Made by a program: the position numbers and the translations under genes. A DNA stretch of 64,000 nt. Origin: a virus. Its lineage: Duplodnaviria > Caudoviricetes. Below the pieces are notes generated by a model, which saw nothing but the letters and a program-made list of their open reading frames with translations, made no database searches and had not been told where the DNA came from. Below, in pieces: positions 28,116-37,718 of the stretch. Position 1 is the first letter of the stretch, and each line of letters opens with the position of its first letter. The stretch spans positions 1 through 64,000 of the IMG/VR virus record IMGVR_UViG_2684623229_000001; one strand, written 5' to 3'.

Positions 28116-30485
28116 CTATTTAATTGGTGGTGGTAATTTAGTTATACCTGCCCAGTATCCATTTTCATATTTTATATAGTTAAGTGAATGGAACCTTTTT
28201 AAATTCATAAGATCTTCTAACTCATATCCAAATTGATTTAATTCATCTTTTAGTTCCATATAATTTACCTTATCTGATCCTGATATAAGTATATATGAGG
28301 TATTGGCAGTTCTTAGCTTTTCTCTAATTCTTAATTGGTTTATATACATAGTAGACAATATAAACTTAACTCCAAATTTAGCTGTTTGATCTAGTTTATT
28401 TCCTATAAATTGTTCAGAACTCTTTAATTGTGCAATTTCATCTGTAAATACAGTAACAGTCTTTCTTGCATACCTATCTTTTATTTTCCAAGCTCTAGCT
28501 TGAGCACACATCCATATTTTAGTTAACCAGTAAGTAGTCATTATATCTCTTTCTTCTGGTGTGCCAAACATATTCTCAGGCATTTTTATAAATATAGCCT
28601 GATTTTTCTCCATTTCTTCTAATAAATTAATATTCTCACTACAATCTTTCTTTAACATAAGCTCCATGTAAGTATTAGATTTTAATTTTTGTACTCTATC
28701 TATAATACCAGTGATATAACTGGAATGAGTTCCTATTATTTGTGATGGATTATCCTTAGTCCCTTTAGACCACTCATCTAGTTCTCTTAAATATTCCGCA
28801 TATTCTTCTAAGTTTTCACTTTGATTCTCTGGGATGGTATCTATACATTCCTTTCTAAATTTATGATTTTGCAATATTTTAAATACATCTTTAATAGCTC
28901 CATTATTTATAAATGAAACTAAGCTAGCTGCAGTTAAATATCTTTCCATCTTAGGAGTAAAATCACTATTAGAAACATTAATAGAGTTTATTAATGTAAT
29001 TAATTGACTTGTTTGTTTCTTTGCACTTTCATACTGTATAAACGTATTATCGCTGGCAGAGATCACCTCATTATATCCTAATCCTTGAAGCTTAGTATGG
29101 TCATATAGATTAATTTCTAATACCTTATTGGAAGGAATACATGCCTTTATATCATCACTTAAAGAACAATTTTCTATATAATCTAAAACTATAACACATT
29201 CTCCTGCATCTATACTATTTCTTGCCATATTTCCCATAAATGAGGTTTTTCCACTTCTAGTTGGTCCCACTACAGTCACTGCTAAGTTTTTATAATCTTT
29301 ATCTGTAGTCAAATAAGCATTTTGTTTACTTCCTTTATATTCATTTATACCTATCAACTTAGTACCATTTCTTAATTCTTTGGGAACTTCTGTTTCTAAT
29401 GTATTTATTTTATTTATAACTTTATGCTGTTGGAGTAAATCCCTGCCTGGAAGTTGTAAGAGGTTTTGACATTCTTCTGTACTTAATTTATTTTCTTCTA
29501 CTCCTGCTATTTTAAAATCTGTAACATAGAAAGTATTCTTTTTAGATATTTTTTTATATATTAACTCATTATCTTCTGATACAGTATTATAAGATTCTGC
29601 AACTGCTACAGCATTATTTTCCTGTCTTTTAACATCTTTACTCTCCGATAATATAGCCATTTGTGTATTAAGTACTATAGCATCTTTTTTATTTACAGTA
29701 TTTCTACTTAATTTTTTCTTATCCTCTAACATTAAACTAGATACAGCTATTTCTGCTAATGTAGGAGCTTCTTTCTTCTTTTCTACTCCAACAAACTCCC
29801 CTATGGTATCAAATAGATCTTGTGCTAGATTAACTAATAAAATTATTCCTTCTTCTATAATATATTTAACATTAAACTTTTCTCTATCAATAGGCTTATT
29901 TTCTTTAATCTTATCTATTGTATCTTGATATTCCTTTCTCCACCCCCTCTGAACTATGGGTATAAAATTATAAAATATACCTATTCTATCTCCTTCCTGC
30001 ATTATATCTAGTACATTAAGTATAGAATTTAAGGGTTCATTAGACTTTTTATTTATATTTAAAGAAAGTGCATCTTCTTTAGAATAATTTAATTGATATT
30101 TAATAGCTTGCTGTGAGAACTGTTTTACTTGTGTAATTTCTTCTATAGTAACCTTTGGCCATGTTTCTGTAATTTTCTCTTTTATAAGTCCTAAATATCT
30201 TTCAGGTACTATAAAATAAAAGTCCACATTATTCTTTTGAATATCTATCATATATGAACATTTTACTGGAGTTTCTATAAAGATTTTCTTTTCTTCTCTG
30301 TGAATCCTTTGTGATATGGTCTTATACATATATTGAATAGCCTTAGCTATGTTAGAACTGTTATAGTTTCTTATACTTGTATCTGGTGTTAGTTTAAGTA
30401 TTTTATATATAGGCTTTTGTATTTTAAAATAATCTTTTAATGACATAGATTTTATTTTACTGAACATAGAGCGGCAACCACCCAA
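28116..30485 (-). CDS. VirB4/VirD4/HerA-FtsK-superfamily P-loop ATPase
   Basis: Walker A GPTRSGKT, VIVLD, Walker B VFTDE; probable ATG start at 30467. Confidence 0.75.
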   Translation of the reverse strand: MGGCRSMFSKIKSMSLKDYFKIQKPIYKILKLTPDTSIRNYNSSNIAKAIQYMYKTISQRIHREEKKIFIETPVKCSYMIDIQKNNVDFYFIVPERYLGLIKEKITETWPKVTIEEITQVKQFSQQAIKYQLNYSKEDALSLNINKKSNEPLNSILNVLDIMQEGDRIGIFYNFIPIVQRGWRKEYQDTIDKIKENKPIDREKFNVKYIIEEGIILLVNLAQDLFDTIGEFVGVEKKKEAPTLAEIAVSSLMLEDKKKLSRNTVNKKDAIVLNTQMAILSESKDVKRQENNAVAVAESYNTVSEDNELIYKKISKKNTFYVTDFKIAGVEENKLSTEECQNLLQLPGRDLLQQHKVINKINTLETEVPKELRNGTKLIGINEYKGSKQNAYLTTDKDYKNLAVTVVGPTRSGKTSFMGNMARNSIDAGECVIVLDYIENCSLSDDIKACIPSNKVLEINLYDHTKLQGLGYNEVISASDNTFIQYESAKKQTSQLITLINSINVSNSDFTPKMERYLTAASLVSFINNGAIKDVFKILQNHKFRKECIDTIPENQSENLEEYAEYLRELDEWSKGTKDNPSQIIGTHSSYITGIIDRVQKLKSNTYMELMLKKDCSENINLLEEMEKNQAIFIKMPENMFGTPEERDIMTTYWLTKIWMCAQARAWKIKDRYARKTVTVFTDEIAQLKSSEQFIGNKLDQTAKFGVKFILSTMYINQLRIREKLRTANTSYILISGSDKVNYMELKDELNQFGYELEDLMNLKRFHSLNYIKYENGYWAGITKLPPPIK

Positions 30486-30685
30486 TAAATTACTACAGAA
30501 AACTTAGTTAATTTTCCACCTTTTTTATAACCACATAGATATGCTAATATTCCACCTATCCCAACAAACATACATATCCAGTATGCATTAGTTGATAAAA
30601 CATCTAATAACTTATTTCTAAACACAAAAGTGTTTTGTGGTGCATTGTATTGGCCTCTCTCTATAAATTTTTGTATCCATTCCAT
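30452..30685 (-). CDS. Small membrane protein
   Basis: 77 aa, two hydrophobic segments, AGGAGG RBS. Confidence 0.65.
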   Translation of the reverse strand: MEWIQKFIERGQYNAPQNTFVFRNKLLDVLSTNAYWICMFVGIGGILAYLCGYKKGGKLTKFSVVIYWVVAALCSVK

Positions 30686-30697
30686 ATATACTCCTCC

Positions 30698-31102
30698 TTA
30701 AAAAATTCCCTTAATTAAATCTAACATCCATGGGAAAATATAAAGTGCTGTAAAAGCTAAAGCATATTTCATCATTATCTTAGCTATGCTTTTTGTATCA
30801 CCTTGCATTAAACTTTTGATTATATCTATTATGCATCCTACAATACATATCCAATAACCTATTTTTCTAACTATACCTAATATAGTATTTCCTGCTTTAT
30901 CTATCTTGCCTAAGTCCCCTGCAGCATAAACTATATCTTGAACATAAAAAAGACTTCCTAGAATAAATACTGCTTGCTTTTTTAATCTATTATCTGCATT
31001 TATATGTTTTGCAACTAATTCCATGTTTGAATTATATTTAACTCTTTGTTTGTTCTTAAAATCTTCTACTTTAGTGTTAGAATAAATAACACAAATTTTC
31101 AT
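30698..31102 (-). CDS. TrbC/VirB2 pilin-like membrane protein
   Basis: VYAA putative cleavage site followed by two TM helices separated by GD.K. Confidence 0.5.
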   Translation of the reverse strand: MKICVIYSNTKVEDFKNKQRVKYNSNMELVAKHINADNRLKKQAVFILGSLFYVQDIVYAAGDLGKIDKAGNTILGIVRKIGYWICIVGCIIDIIKSLMQGDTKSIAKIMMKYALAFTALYIFPWMLDLIKGIF

Positions 31103-31176
31103 ATTCCCTCCTGAATAAAAATTAATTATTGGCAGATACTATAAATAAACAAGTAAATCTGAAAGAAGGTTTTAAC

Positions 31177-31242
31177 ATGTCTCCACTATTTTGGCTTGGT
31201 GCAGGTATGATAATTGCAACACATATAATTGAAAAATTTTAA
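31177..31242 (+). CDS. 21-aa hydrophobic peptide
   Basis: AGAAGGT RBS; MSPLFWLGAGMIIATHIIEKF. Confidence 0.35.
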   Translation: MSPLFWLGAGMIIATHIIEKF

Positions 31243-31461
31243 ATGTAAATTAAATATTAATATTTGTATAAATGCACCTTAAATACACAACTTTCCTAAT
31301 CTGTTTGCATAAGCTAGAAGTGTAGTGTAACGTAACACAAGTAAGCGTAGCACACTTTTAGCGACATGGGATAAGTCTAGCCTTCTGCTAGGCTTTATTT
31401 TTATCTCTTTTTAAAGGCTTACAGCTATATTTTTATAGCCATACAACTTCACTTCTCATCA

Positions 31462-31632
31462 TTATTTTTTTAATTCTTCCTCATATAAAATTTTTATTGG
31501 TAATGTGCCTTTTAAAATATCTTTAACTACTGCAGCTGGATTGCTAAATTTTAACAATTTGCCATATAGCTGTAATTCATTTAGATCACTTTTCCTAAAT
31601 TCTAAGACAACTCTTAACCTATCTGCCATCAT
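31462..31632 (-). CDS. 56-aa protein, possibly ribbon-helix-helix
   Basis: Not in the ORF track; GGAGGTGA RBS; MMADRLRVVLEFRKSDLNELQLYGKLLKFSNPAAVVKDILKG... Confidence 0.6.
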   Translation of the reverse strand: MMADRLRVVLEFRKSDLNELQLYGKLLKFSNPAAVVKDILKGTLPIKILYEEELKK

Positions 31633-31840
31633 TGTCACCTCCTGGATACATTGTATTTATACATTTAAATCTTCTAGTACAATTAGGAAATATAACTGTA
31701 TACAATGTTTAAACTGTATTCTTTGTTGTCTTTTAATATATTCTATGCACCCTTTGTGTAAAAGTTTCCTAATTTTAGTATTTAATTTAATAATTTATTT
31801 TTAATCCTATTTTCAGTATTTAAATATATAAAAAAAGCAC

Positions 31841-32041
31841 CTAATCTTCTAGGTACCAAATATCCTCTACCTTTCGATTAAGTGCTTTAGCTATAGTTAA
31901 TAATGTTTCCGCATTACCTTGAACTTTATTTAATTCTATTGTGTTATAAGTGCTTTTTTTAATTCCAAGCATTTCTGCAAATGCCTTTTGATCCATCAGA
32001 TATTCTCTCATTCTTATTTCTTTAAGCCGATTTTTAACCAC
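31841..32041 (-). CDS. XRE-family HTH regulator
   Basis: Likely GTG start at 32041; KNRLKEIR...QKAFAEMLGI...IAKALN..VEDIW. Confidence 0.8.
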   Translation of the reverse strand: MVKNRLKEIRMREYLMDQKAFAEMLGIKKSTYNTIELNKVQGNAETLLTIAKALNRKVEDIWYLED

Positions 32042-32451
32042 ATATACCACCTCATTCCAGTATATGTAATTATTCTTCAAAAGATCTAAATTTCCTTTTT
32101 TAGCTTGTATATATCTATTTAGATAATTAGGTATATAACTATTAGCTATATTTTTACTATACATAAATAGATAGTGTAACTAATTATTCGTAAAGCTATA
32201 TATAATGTTGTTTATGTTATATTTGAATATATAACTATGTTTAAAAGAACACCCAACTAAAAATAAGTAGATAACTTTATAGAAAATAAAATATTGTAAA
32301 AATAAAAATAACTTTTGATAATAAAATGGTACTCTTTTTATTATCAAGTTAAAGTAACTTCAATCGATTATGAAATTAAAGAATAGTTTATAATTTTATC
32401 CATATAAAACTTATATTAGCATGAAAATTTTGATTAGATTGGAGTGGAATT

Positions 32452-33009
32452 ATGATAGATAATATTATCAATTCTCAACGATATTTAAATATTAACAATA
32501 AAAAAAATAATATAGAACAGAATGATCAATCTGAAGATAATAAATTTGAAAAATATCTTTCTGATTATGTACCAAAATATACGGGCGACGAGGGTATGCC
32601 AAAAAAATGTGATTATAAAGAAATGACAGTTTTTGAAAAACGTATATTTGATGACTATATGCAAACTGATTTTTTATATGGAGTTTCTTATGAGGATTTC
32701 AAAAAAACTCTTTGTGGATTTCCTCCTGTTGATGCTCCAAAATCCATAATAGAAGCTTATCAAAATACTATATCAAAATATCCTGAAAATCAACGTAAAA
32801 AAATTATGGGTGAACTTAGTTATTTAGAATTACCAAATGATAATTTAGATATGGGAACTATCATAAGAAATGCTATAGACCATTGTAAATTAGTTGAAAT
32901 CATAACAGGTCAAAGCCAAAAACATAGGGAAAACTTATATGAAGATTTTTTAAATGAGTTCAACAAAGTTAACACTATAGATGATTCTCATAGAGAAACA
33001 ACATTGTAA
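32452..33009 (+). CDS. Hypothetical cargo protein
   Basis: 185 aa with GGAG RBS, own terminator and a sigmaD-like promoter (32344-32370). Confidence 0.7.
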   Translation: MIDNIINSQRYLNINNKKNNIEQNDQSEDNKFEKYLSDYVPKYTGDEGMPKKCDYKEMTVFEKRIFDDYMQTDFLYGVSYEDFKKTLCGFPPVDAPKSIIEAYQNTISKYPENQRKKIMGELSYLELPNDNLDMGTIIRNAIDHCKLVEIITGQSQKHRENLYEDFLNEFNKVNTIDDSHRETTL

Positions 33010-33024
33010 AAATAAATAGTTAAT

Positions 33025-33063
33025 AAAAAGATCCCATTGTTGAATATGAAATGGGATCTTTTT
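33025..33063 (+). terminator. Intrinsic terminator
   Basis: AAAAAGATCCCATT...AATGGGATCTTTTT. Confidence 0.75.
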
Positions 33064-33187
33064 AAATAAGGAAATTTCTAATAATGCTTAACTTATGTAA
33101 CAACTTTATGTGTGATTAAATTTATTATATCTGGTTATAATAAAAATAGACCAATACATAGCACCAATATATAGAAAATTCCACAAC

Positions 33188-33292
33188 AAAAGAACCCCAA
33201 TAAATAGGGTTCTTTTCCTTAAGCAAGGAGGTTGCCTAAATTATTGGTAAGCCGTTATATTTAATATTCTATAAATGTTAAAAAAATCCTTT
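33188..33292 (-). ncRNA. Putative sigmaH-driven small RNA, copy 1 (with promoter)
   Basis: AGGA-17-GAAT promoter, 9-bp stem with CCUCC loop, GAACCC/GGGTTC terminator; repeated at 39192 and 39777. Confidence 0.5.
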
Positions 33293-33463
33293 GAATAATA
33301 AAAAATAATAATTATAGCATACGCCACAACTACCATATTAAATAATACATATTATGTTATTGTTCAATAGTATCGATTTATAAAATATAATAAATAAGAG
33401 AATAATTTTTGACATGAAATAGCCCCTAACATTTTACTTTTATTCCATTAAATTTGAAACATT

Positions 33464-33500
33464 AAAAAGAAGATCTAAAACTAAACTTTAGATCTTCTTT
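33464..33500 (-). terminator. Terminator downstream of the toxin operon
   Basis: AAAGAAGATCTAAA-ACTAAAC-TTTAGATCTTCTTT. Confidence 0.65.
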
Positions 33501-33612
33501 AGTTATTTTAAACTAAATTCTATATTCTTATCTTTAATTTCTATACAATGAACAGTAATGAGAAAAAAGTAGCATATCAGATATACTACCTTTTCCAATT
33601 ATTTAGTTACCT

Positions 33613-36321
33613 CTACTCTAAGTCTTTTACCTTAGATTCTAGTATTTTAAACTCATCTCCATAATTATTAATTGCATATATAGTTATATAATCATGGAAA
33701 AATAGCCCCTTTCCACCGTTATAATCTAAAAAATTTATTTTTAAAGTTCCATCAGAGCTTGGCTCATAACTAGATCTGGTTATATTAAAATTATGTCCCC
33801 CTGTACATTTAATTCTATATTTAGGTATATGCTTACTTATTTCTCTCATATCTTTAGTAAATGTAATTGAATTACCATAGTAGAGGTCACCGTAATCAGG
33901 ATCCCGCCAGTGATGTACTTCTAGTTTATGATCTGTATAAAAAGACTTTACATACTGCTCATTTCTAAAAGGATCATCTTTATTATCATCTTTATTATCA
34001 TCTTTATTATCTGATTCACTTTTAATATTTGATACTTCTGATATTGAAACATCATCGAAGTATACTTTCGTTATAGGGTCCAATTTTTTTAAATGCATTG
34101 AAATAGTGCTGTTATTATCAGCACTTTTTATCGGAATATCTATCCTTTGATAACCTTTATTATTCAACTTAACTTCCATATTACTGACAACGGAACTCCA
34201 ACCGTCAGGGGTGCTATCTGTTAAAATTATTGTACCAGTTGTATTTTTATCTGATTTCATATATAAACTTACATAATATTTTTTGTGATCCTTTATTCTA
34301 GTTCCTGAGAGAGTAAGCCTTCCATCGGTAGTATTGTCATTTGGTTCAAAGGTATACTGTTTCTTACCAGTAACACCACCATCAACTATAGATATATTTT
34401 TTAATTTATTATCGTTTCCCTCAGCTGAGTATAATTTTTGAGCTAGCTTAATTGTAAAATTCATTTTAGGTTCTAACTTAACATCATATATAGTGTGTAC
34501 ATCTTTAAACTTATCTGTTGTATCATTTATTTGTTTTTGAATTTCTTTAGCAGTATCATTATCTACATATGTCATTACAGCTGATTCAAATATTGGTCTA
34601 TCATTATAGTATAAAAGTCCTTCTTTTTCTTTTACTTCTTTTGGGAAACTAAGTTTTATTGCCTCTCTTAATGTTATACTAGGTGCATTTCTTAATTCTG
34701 GATCATTATAATCTTTTGCAAAAACTCTACGTTCTTTTACTTCATCTCCAGAATCTACAATTATTGATGCGGTTTTATTTTCTATTTGTCCAACTACTCC
34801 ATTCCAATCACCGCCCATTTCAAATTCTCCATCAAAATTTACTCTACCAAATTTTCCATCAGTTTGGGTTGTTTCTACTTTTACAGTATCTCCTTCACTA
34901 ATTGCTTTTGTTTGATCTGAATTTAGTTTAATACCTGCATTAGAATTAAAATCATCCATACTATTTAATAAAATTGGACTTAATTCCTTTTTAGGATAGC
35001 TCTCTCCTGAAGGTATTTGTAGTGCTGTAGAATTTGATTTAGCAGTAATTGTAGCAAAAGCTTTTCCATCAAGTATAAAATTTGTTGTAGGTTTTACATC
35101 ATAAATAGCTCCTGTTCCTACATTATTATATCTTACGTTAGCATTAAAAAAAGACTTTTCTGCGCCATTAAATGATGTGATGTCACTATCACTATGTCCC
35201 CAGTCTGAACCAACAGTTTCTGAGTGTGAATAATTTCCGCTAGCTCCAAAGGAGAAACCTTCACTCATACTAAATCCTGCATGTACTTCTGCACCTTCAG
35301 TATTAGTGTATGTCCAATTATTTGATGAATGTGATTCATGCTGATTTGACATATTTTCATTTAATGATAAGTACATATTTTCCATACTGACATTTACACT
35401 TGGATATGCTGCAACTAATGGATTAAATGTAGAAGGATCATTTGATTTATCAATATCTTTTGCTGCCTTTTCAAAGTCTGTATAAGGATCACCAACTGTA
35501 TGAGCATCAAATGGATTAGAGGTAAATTTTTTATATCCTTCTTTTGCAAATGAATCTTCCCATTTGACTGCTTTTCTATTTTTAACTGTATAGCCATTTA
35601 TCTCCCACTTATCTGGAATACTATCTCCATCTGTATCTCCATCATCATCTTCTAAACTGATATTATTAGGTTTAGTTGCCTTAAATAAGTTAGATTTTAA
35701 AGAACGTGGTAATAGGTGTTTTTTCTCTTGTTTATCATACTCAGGATTATTTAATTCAGATTGTTCTACTTTTATACTTTTACCATTTTTATCAACTTTC
35801 TCTAGAACCATATTAGTTAGTATTTTATCATCAAACTTAATTCCCTTTTTATTTTGGTATTCAATTTTTATTTCTACAAGTTGTCCTTTTTTTAAATGTA
35901 TAGTTTCTTTCTTTTCACCTTTATTGGAAATAATTTTCCCATTTACTTCAATAATAGCATTTTTATCATCAGATATTTTTAATTTATAGTCTCCTGTTGT
36001 ATTACTTTTTAAGTATCCAAACCATTTAATTGATTTATAGCTACTATTATTTTTAGTTAATAACCCTTTATCCTCTGAAGTTATATCAAATATTAATTTA
36101 CCATTCCTAGTAGGTGCGTAAAGTGTTGGGTTTTTAAAATCAGAATCGCTAAAATAATATCCAAGTAATCCTGATCTATCTACTTTTTGATTTGTTTTTT
36201 GATTTATCTTAGATGTTACTTGAGTTGGTTTTTCTTTTGCTTTTACATTATAATTACTTACGCTAAACGTAGAACTTACTATAACTGTACAAGCTACAAG
36301 CAATGCTATTTTTTTATTCAT
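33613..36321 (-). CDS. Binary toxin binding/translocation component, Vip1 (Vpb1)-like, protective-antigen family
   Basis: Signal peptide; PA14 domain (GLLGYYF); Ca-binding DTDGDSIPDKWE; TVGDPYTDFEK; NPLVAAYP; pore hairpin; NANVRYNNVGTGAIYDVKPT; phi-clamp DDF. Confidence 0.93.
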   Translation of the reverse strand: MNKKIALLVACTVIVSSTFSVSNYNVKAKEKPTQVTSKINQKTNQKVDRSGLLGYYFSDSDFKNPTLYAPTRNGKLIFDITSEDKGLLTKNNSSYKSIKWFGYLKSNTTGDYKLKISDDKNAIIEVNGKIISNKGEKKETIHLKKGQLVEIKIEYQNKKGIKFDDKILTNMVLEKVDKNGKSIKVEQSELNNPEYDKQEKKHLLPRSLKSNLFKATKPNNISLEDDDGDTDGDSIPDKWEINGYTVKNRKAVKWEDSFAKEGYKKFTSNPFDAHTVGDPYTDFEKAAKDIDKSNDPSTFNPLVAAYPSVNVSMENMYLSLNENMSNQHESHSSNNWTYTNTEGAEVHAGFSMSEGFSFGASGNYSHSETVGSDWGHSDSDITSFNGAEKSFFNANVRYNNVGTGAIYDVKPTTNFILDGKAFATITAKSNSTALQIPSGESYPKKELSPILLNSMDDFNSNAGIKLNSDQTKAISEGDTVKVETTQTDGKFGRVNFDGEFEMGGDWNGVVGQIENKTASIIVDSGDEVKERRVFAKDYNDPELRNAPSITLREAIKLSFPKEVKEKEGLLYYNDRPIFESAVMTYVDNDTAKEIQKQINDTTDKFKDVHTIYDVKLEPKMNFTIKLAQKLYSAEGNDNKLKNISIVDGGVTGKKQYTFEPNDNTTDGRLTLSGTRIKDHKKYYVSLYMKSDKNTTGTIILTDSTPDGWSSVVSNMEVKLNNKGYQRIDIPIKSADNNSTISMHLKKLDPITKVYFDDVSISEVSNIKSESDNKDDNKDDNKDDPFRNEQYVKSFYTDHKLEVHHWRDPDYGDLYYGNSITFTKDMREISKHIPKYRIKCTGGHNFNITRSSYEPSSDGTLKINFLDYNGGKGLFFHDYITIYAINNYGDEFKILESKVKDLE

Positions 36322-36338
36322 AATCTCTCCCCCTTAAA

Positions 36339-37718
36339 TCACTTTTTCAATAAGGTAGCATCTACTATATACTTTTCTTTTCCTTTTATTATTGCCTTAC
36401 TTATTTTATTTATATGGTATTTACTTCCTTTATTTAAAAGTATTTCTTTTTCAGATCCAAAACCACCTAAAGCACTCACATAAGCACCTGTAGATCCTTT
36501 TGATACCTGAAGTCTTAATATTATCTTTCTAGAACTAAATGCGGATAGTGCTTCACTTGATAAACTAGTACTCATGTATCCTTTTTCCAATTTATCTTTA
36601 TTTAAAAAATCTTCTTCAAATTTTTTAAACTCGGGTATTTTTCCTATTTCATACCCAAATTCAGCAGCACCACACCATCTATATACTGTTACATTTTCAG
36701 GAATTGGTCTTTTCTCTAATGATTCAGTTATTTTTTCTATTCTATCTTTTATTCTTGATTCTTCCATAGTTGATCCTGATACTGGTTTACTGTCATTTCT
36801 TAAATAAGCATTTATATCTTTATATTCTCTTCTTATATAACCATCTAATGCTTCTCTTTCTTCAACTGATAAATCATTTGCCCATTCCTTATAATTTTGT
36901 TTTCCCCATCTATCAGCTAATCCATTTAAGTCATTCTTAAAATCAAAACTTTCTTGTAATTCTCCATTTACAATTACATAATCACGACCCTTTAAAGTAC
37001 TCTCATAAACTGAGTCTACCTTGATTACGTAATCATTGCTAACTAACATTTTGTATTCTTCACCATCTAAAATTACTCCAGCTTTTGTTGGATGAGCTTT
37101 ACCTTTACTGCTTGGTACTGTTACTTTTAATATGATTCTTTTATCAGGGTCTAACTTTTGTTCACTAACATTTGTTTCAAAATAACTATCAAGTTTAAGA
37201 TAATTATCTTTCTCTTTATCATGTAAAAATTGTTCCCTAAATTTTTTCAGTTCATCTCTATTAACATCATTACCACTAAATAGCTTACCATTAAATCCAA
37301 TACTATTAGCATCTACATTTTTATATGTTACAACAGAATCTGATAAGTTAGCTTTTTCTAAGGATCTGTCAATATCTTTTAATATTTCCTTTTCTGAATC
37401 AAATTCTCCAGCCATAGAATAGGTAATTTTATTATAATCTGTTTTTATAGAATCCTTGTCTTTTATATATTTACCTATATTTTCTTTCTGACTACTTGTT
37501 AACTTCCATTCTTTTTCTTTTTCTTTTCCCCATTCTTTTGCCTTTTCTTTATCCTTTTCTTTAAAATCAACTACATCATCTCTTGCAATTAACAAACTTT
37601 GTGATACTGAGACTTTAGAATTTTTAGCTAGAACAGTTTGAGCACTTCCTATATTAGAAAACATAACTGTAGCCAATAAAACTGCTGAAATTATTTTTTT
37701 TCTATTTATTATTTTCAC
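36339..37718 (-). CDS. Binary toxin enzymatic component, Vip2 (Vpa2)-like actin ADP-ribosyltransferase
   Basis: Signal peptide; two-domain Vip2 architecture; catalytic R (VYRWCG), STS (GYMSTSL) and ExE (SEKEILL); KEKAKEWGKEKEKEWKLT as in Vip2A. Confidence 0.95.
   Translation of the reverse strand: MKIINRKKIISAVLLATVMFSNIGSAQTVLAKNSKVSVSQSLLIARDDVVDFKEKDKEKAKEWGKEKEKEWKLTSSQKENIGKYIKDKDSIKTDYNKITYSMAGEFDSEKEILKDIDRSLEKANLSDSVVTYKNVDANSIGFNGKLFSGNDVNRDELKKFREQFLHDKEKDNYLKLDSYFETNVSEQKLDPDKRIILKVTVPSSKGKAHPTKAGVILDGEEYKMLVSNDYVIKVDSVYESTLKGRDYVIVNGELQESFDFKNDLNGLADRWGKQNYKEWANDLSVEEREALDGYIRREYKDINAYLRNDSKPVSGSTMEESRIKDRIEKITESLEKRPIPENVTVYRWCGAAEFGYEIGKIPEFKKFEEDFLNKDKLEKGYMSTSLSSEALSAFSSRKIILRLQVSKGSTGAYVSALGGFGSEKEILLNKGSKYHINKISKAIIKGKEKYIVDATLLKK

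Noticed and set aside
33613-37718. C2, iota or CDT toxin, or a botulinum neurotoxin cluster
   Set aside because: Motifs follow Vip2/Vip1 as recalled; both components have signal peptides (unlike C2); no HExxH neurotoxin, NTNH, HA or OrfX genes
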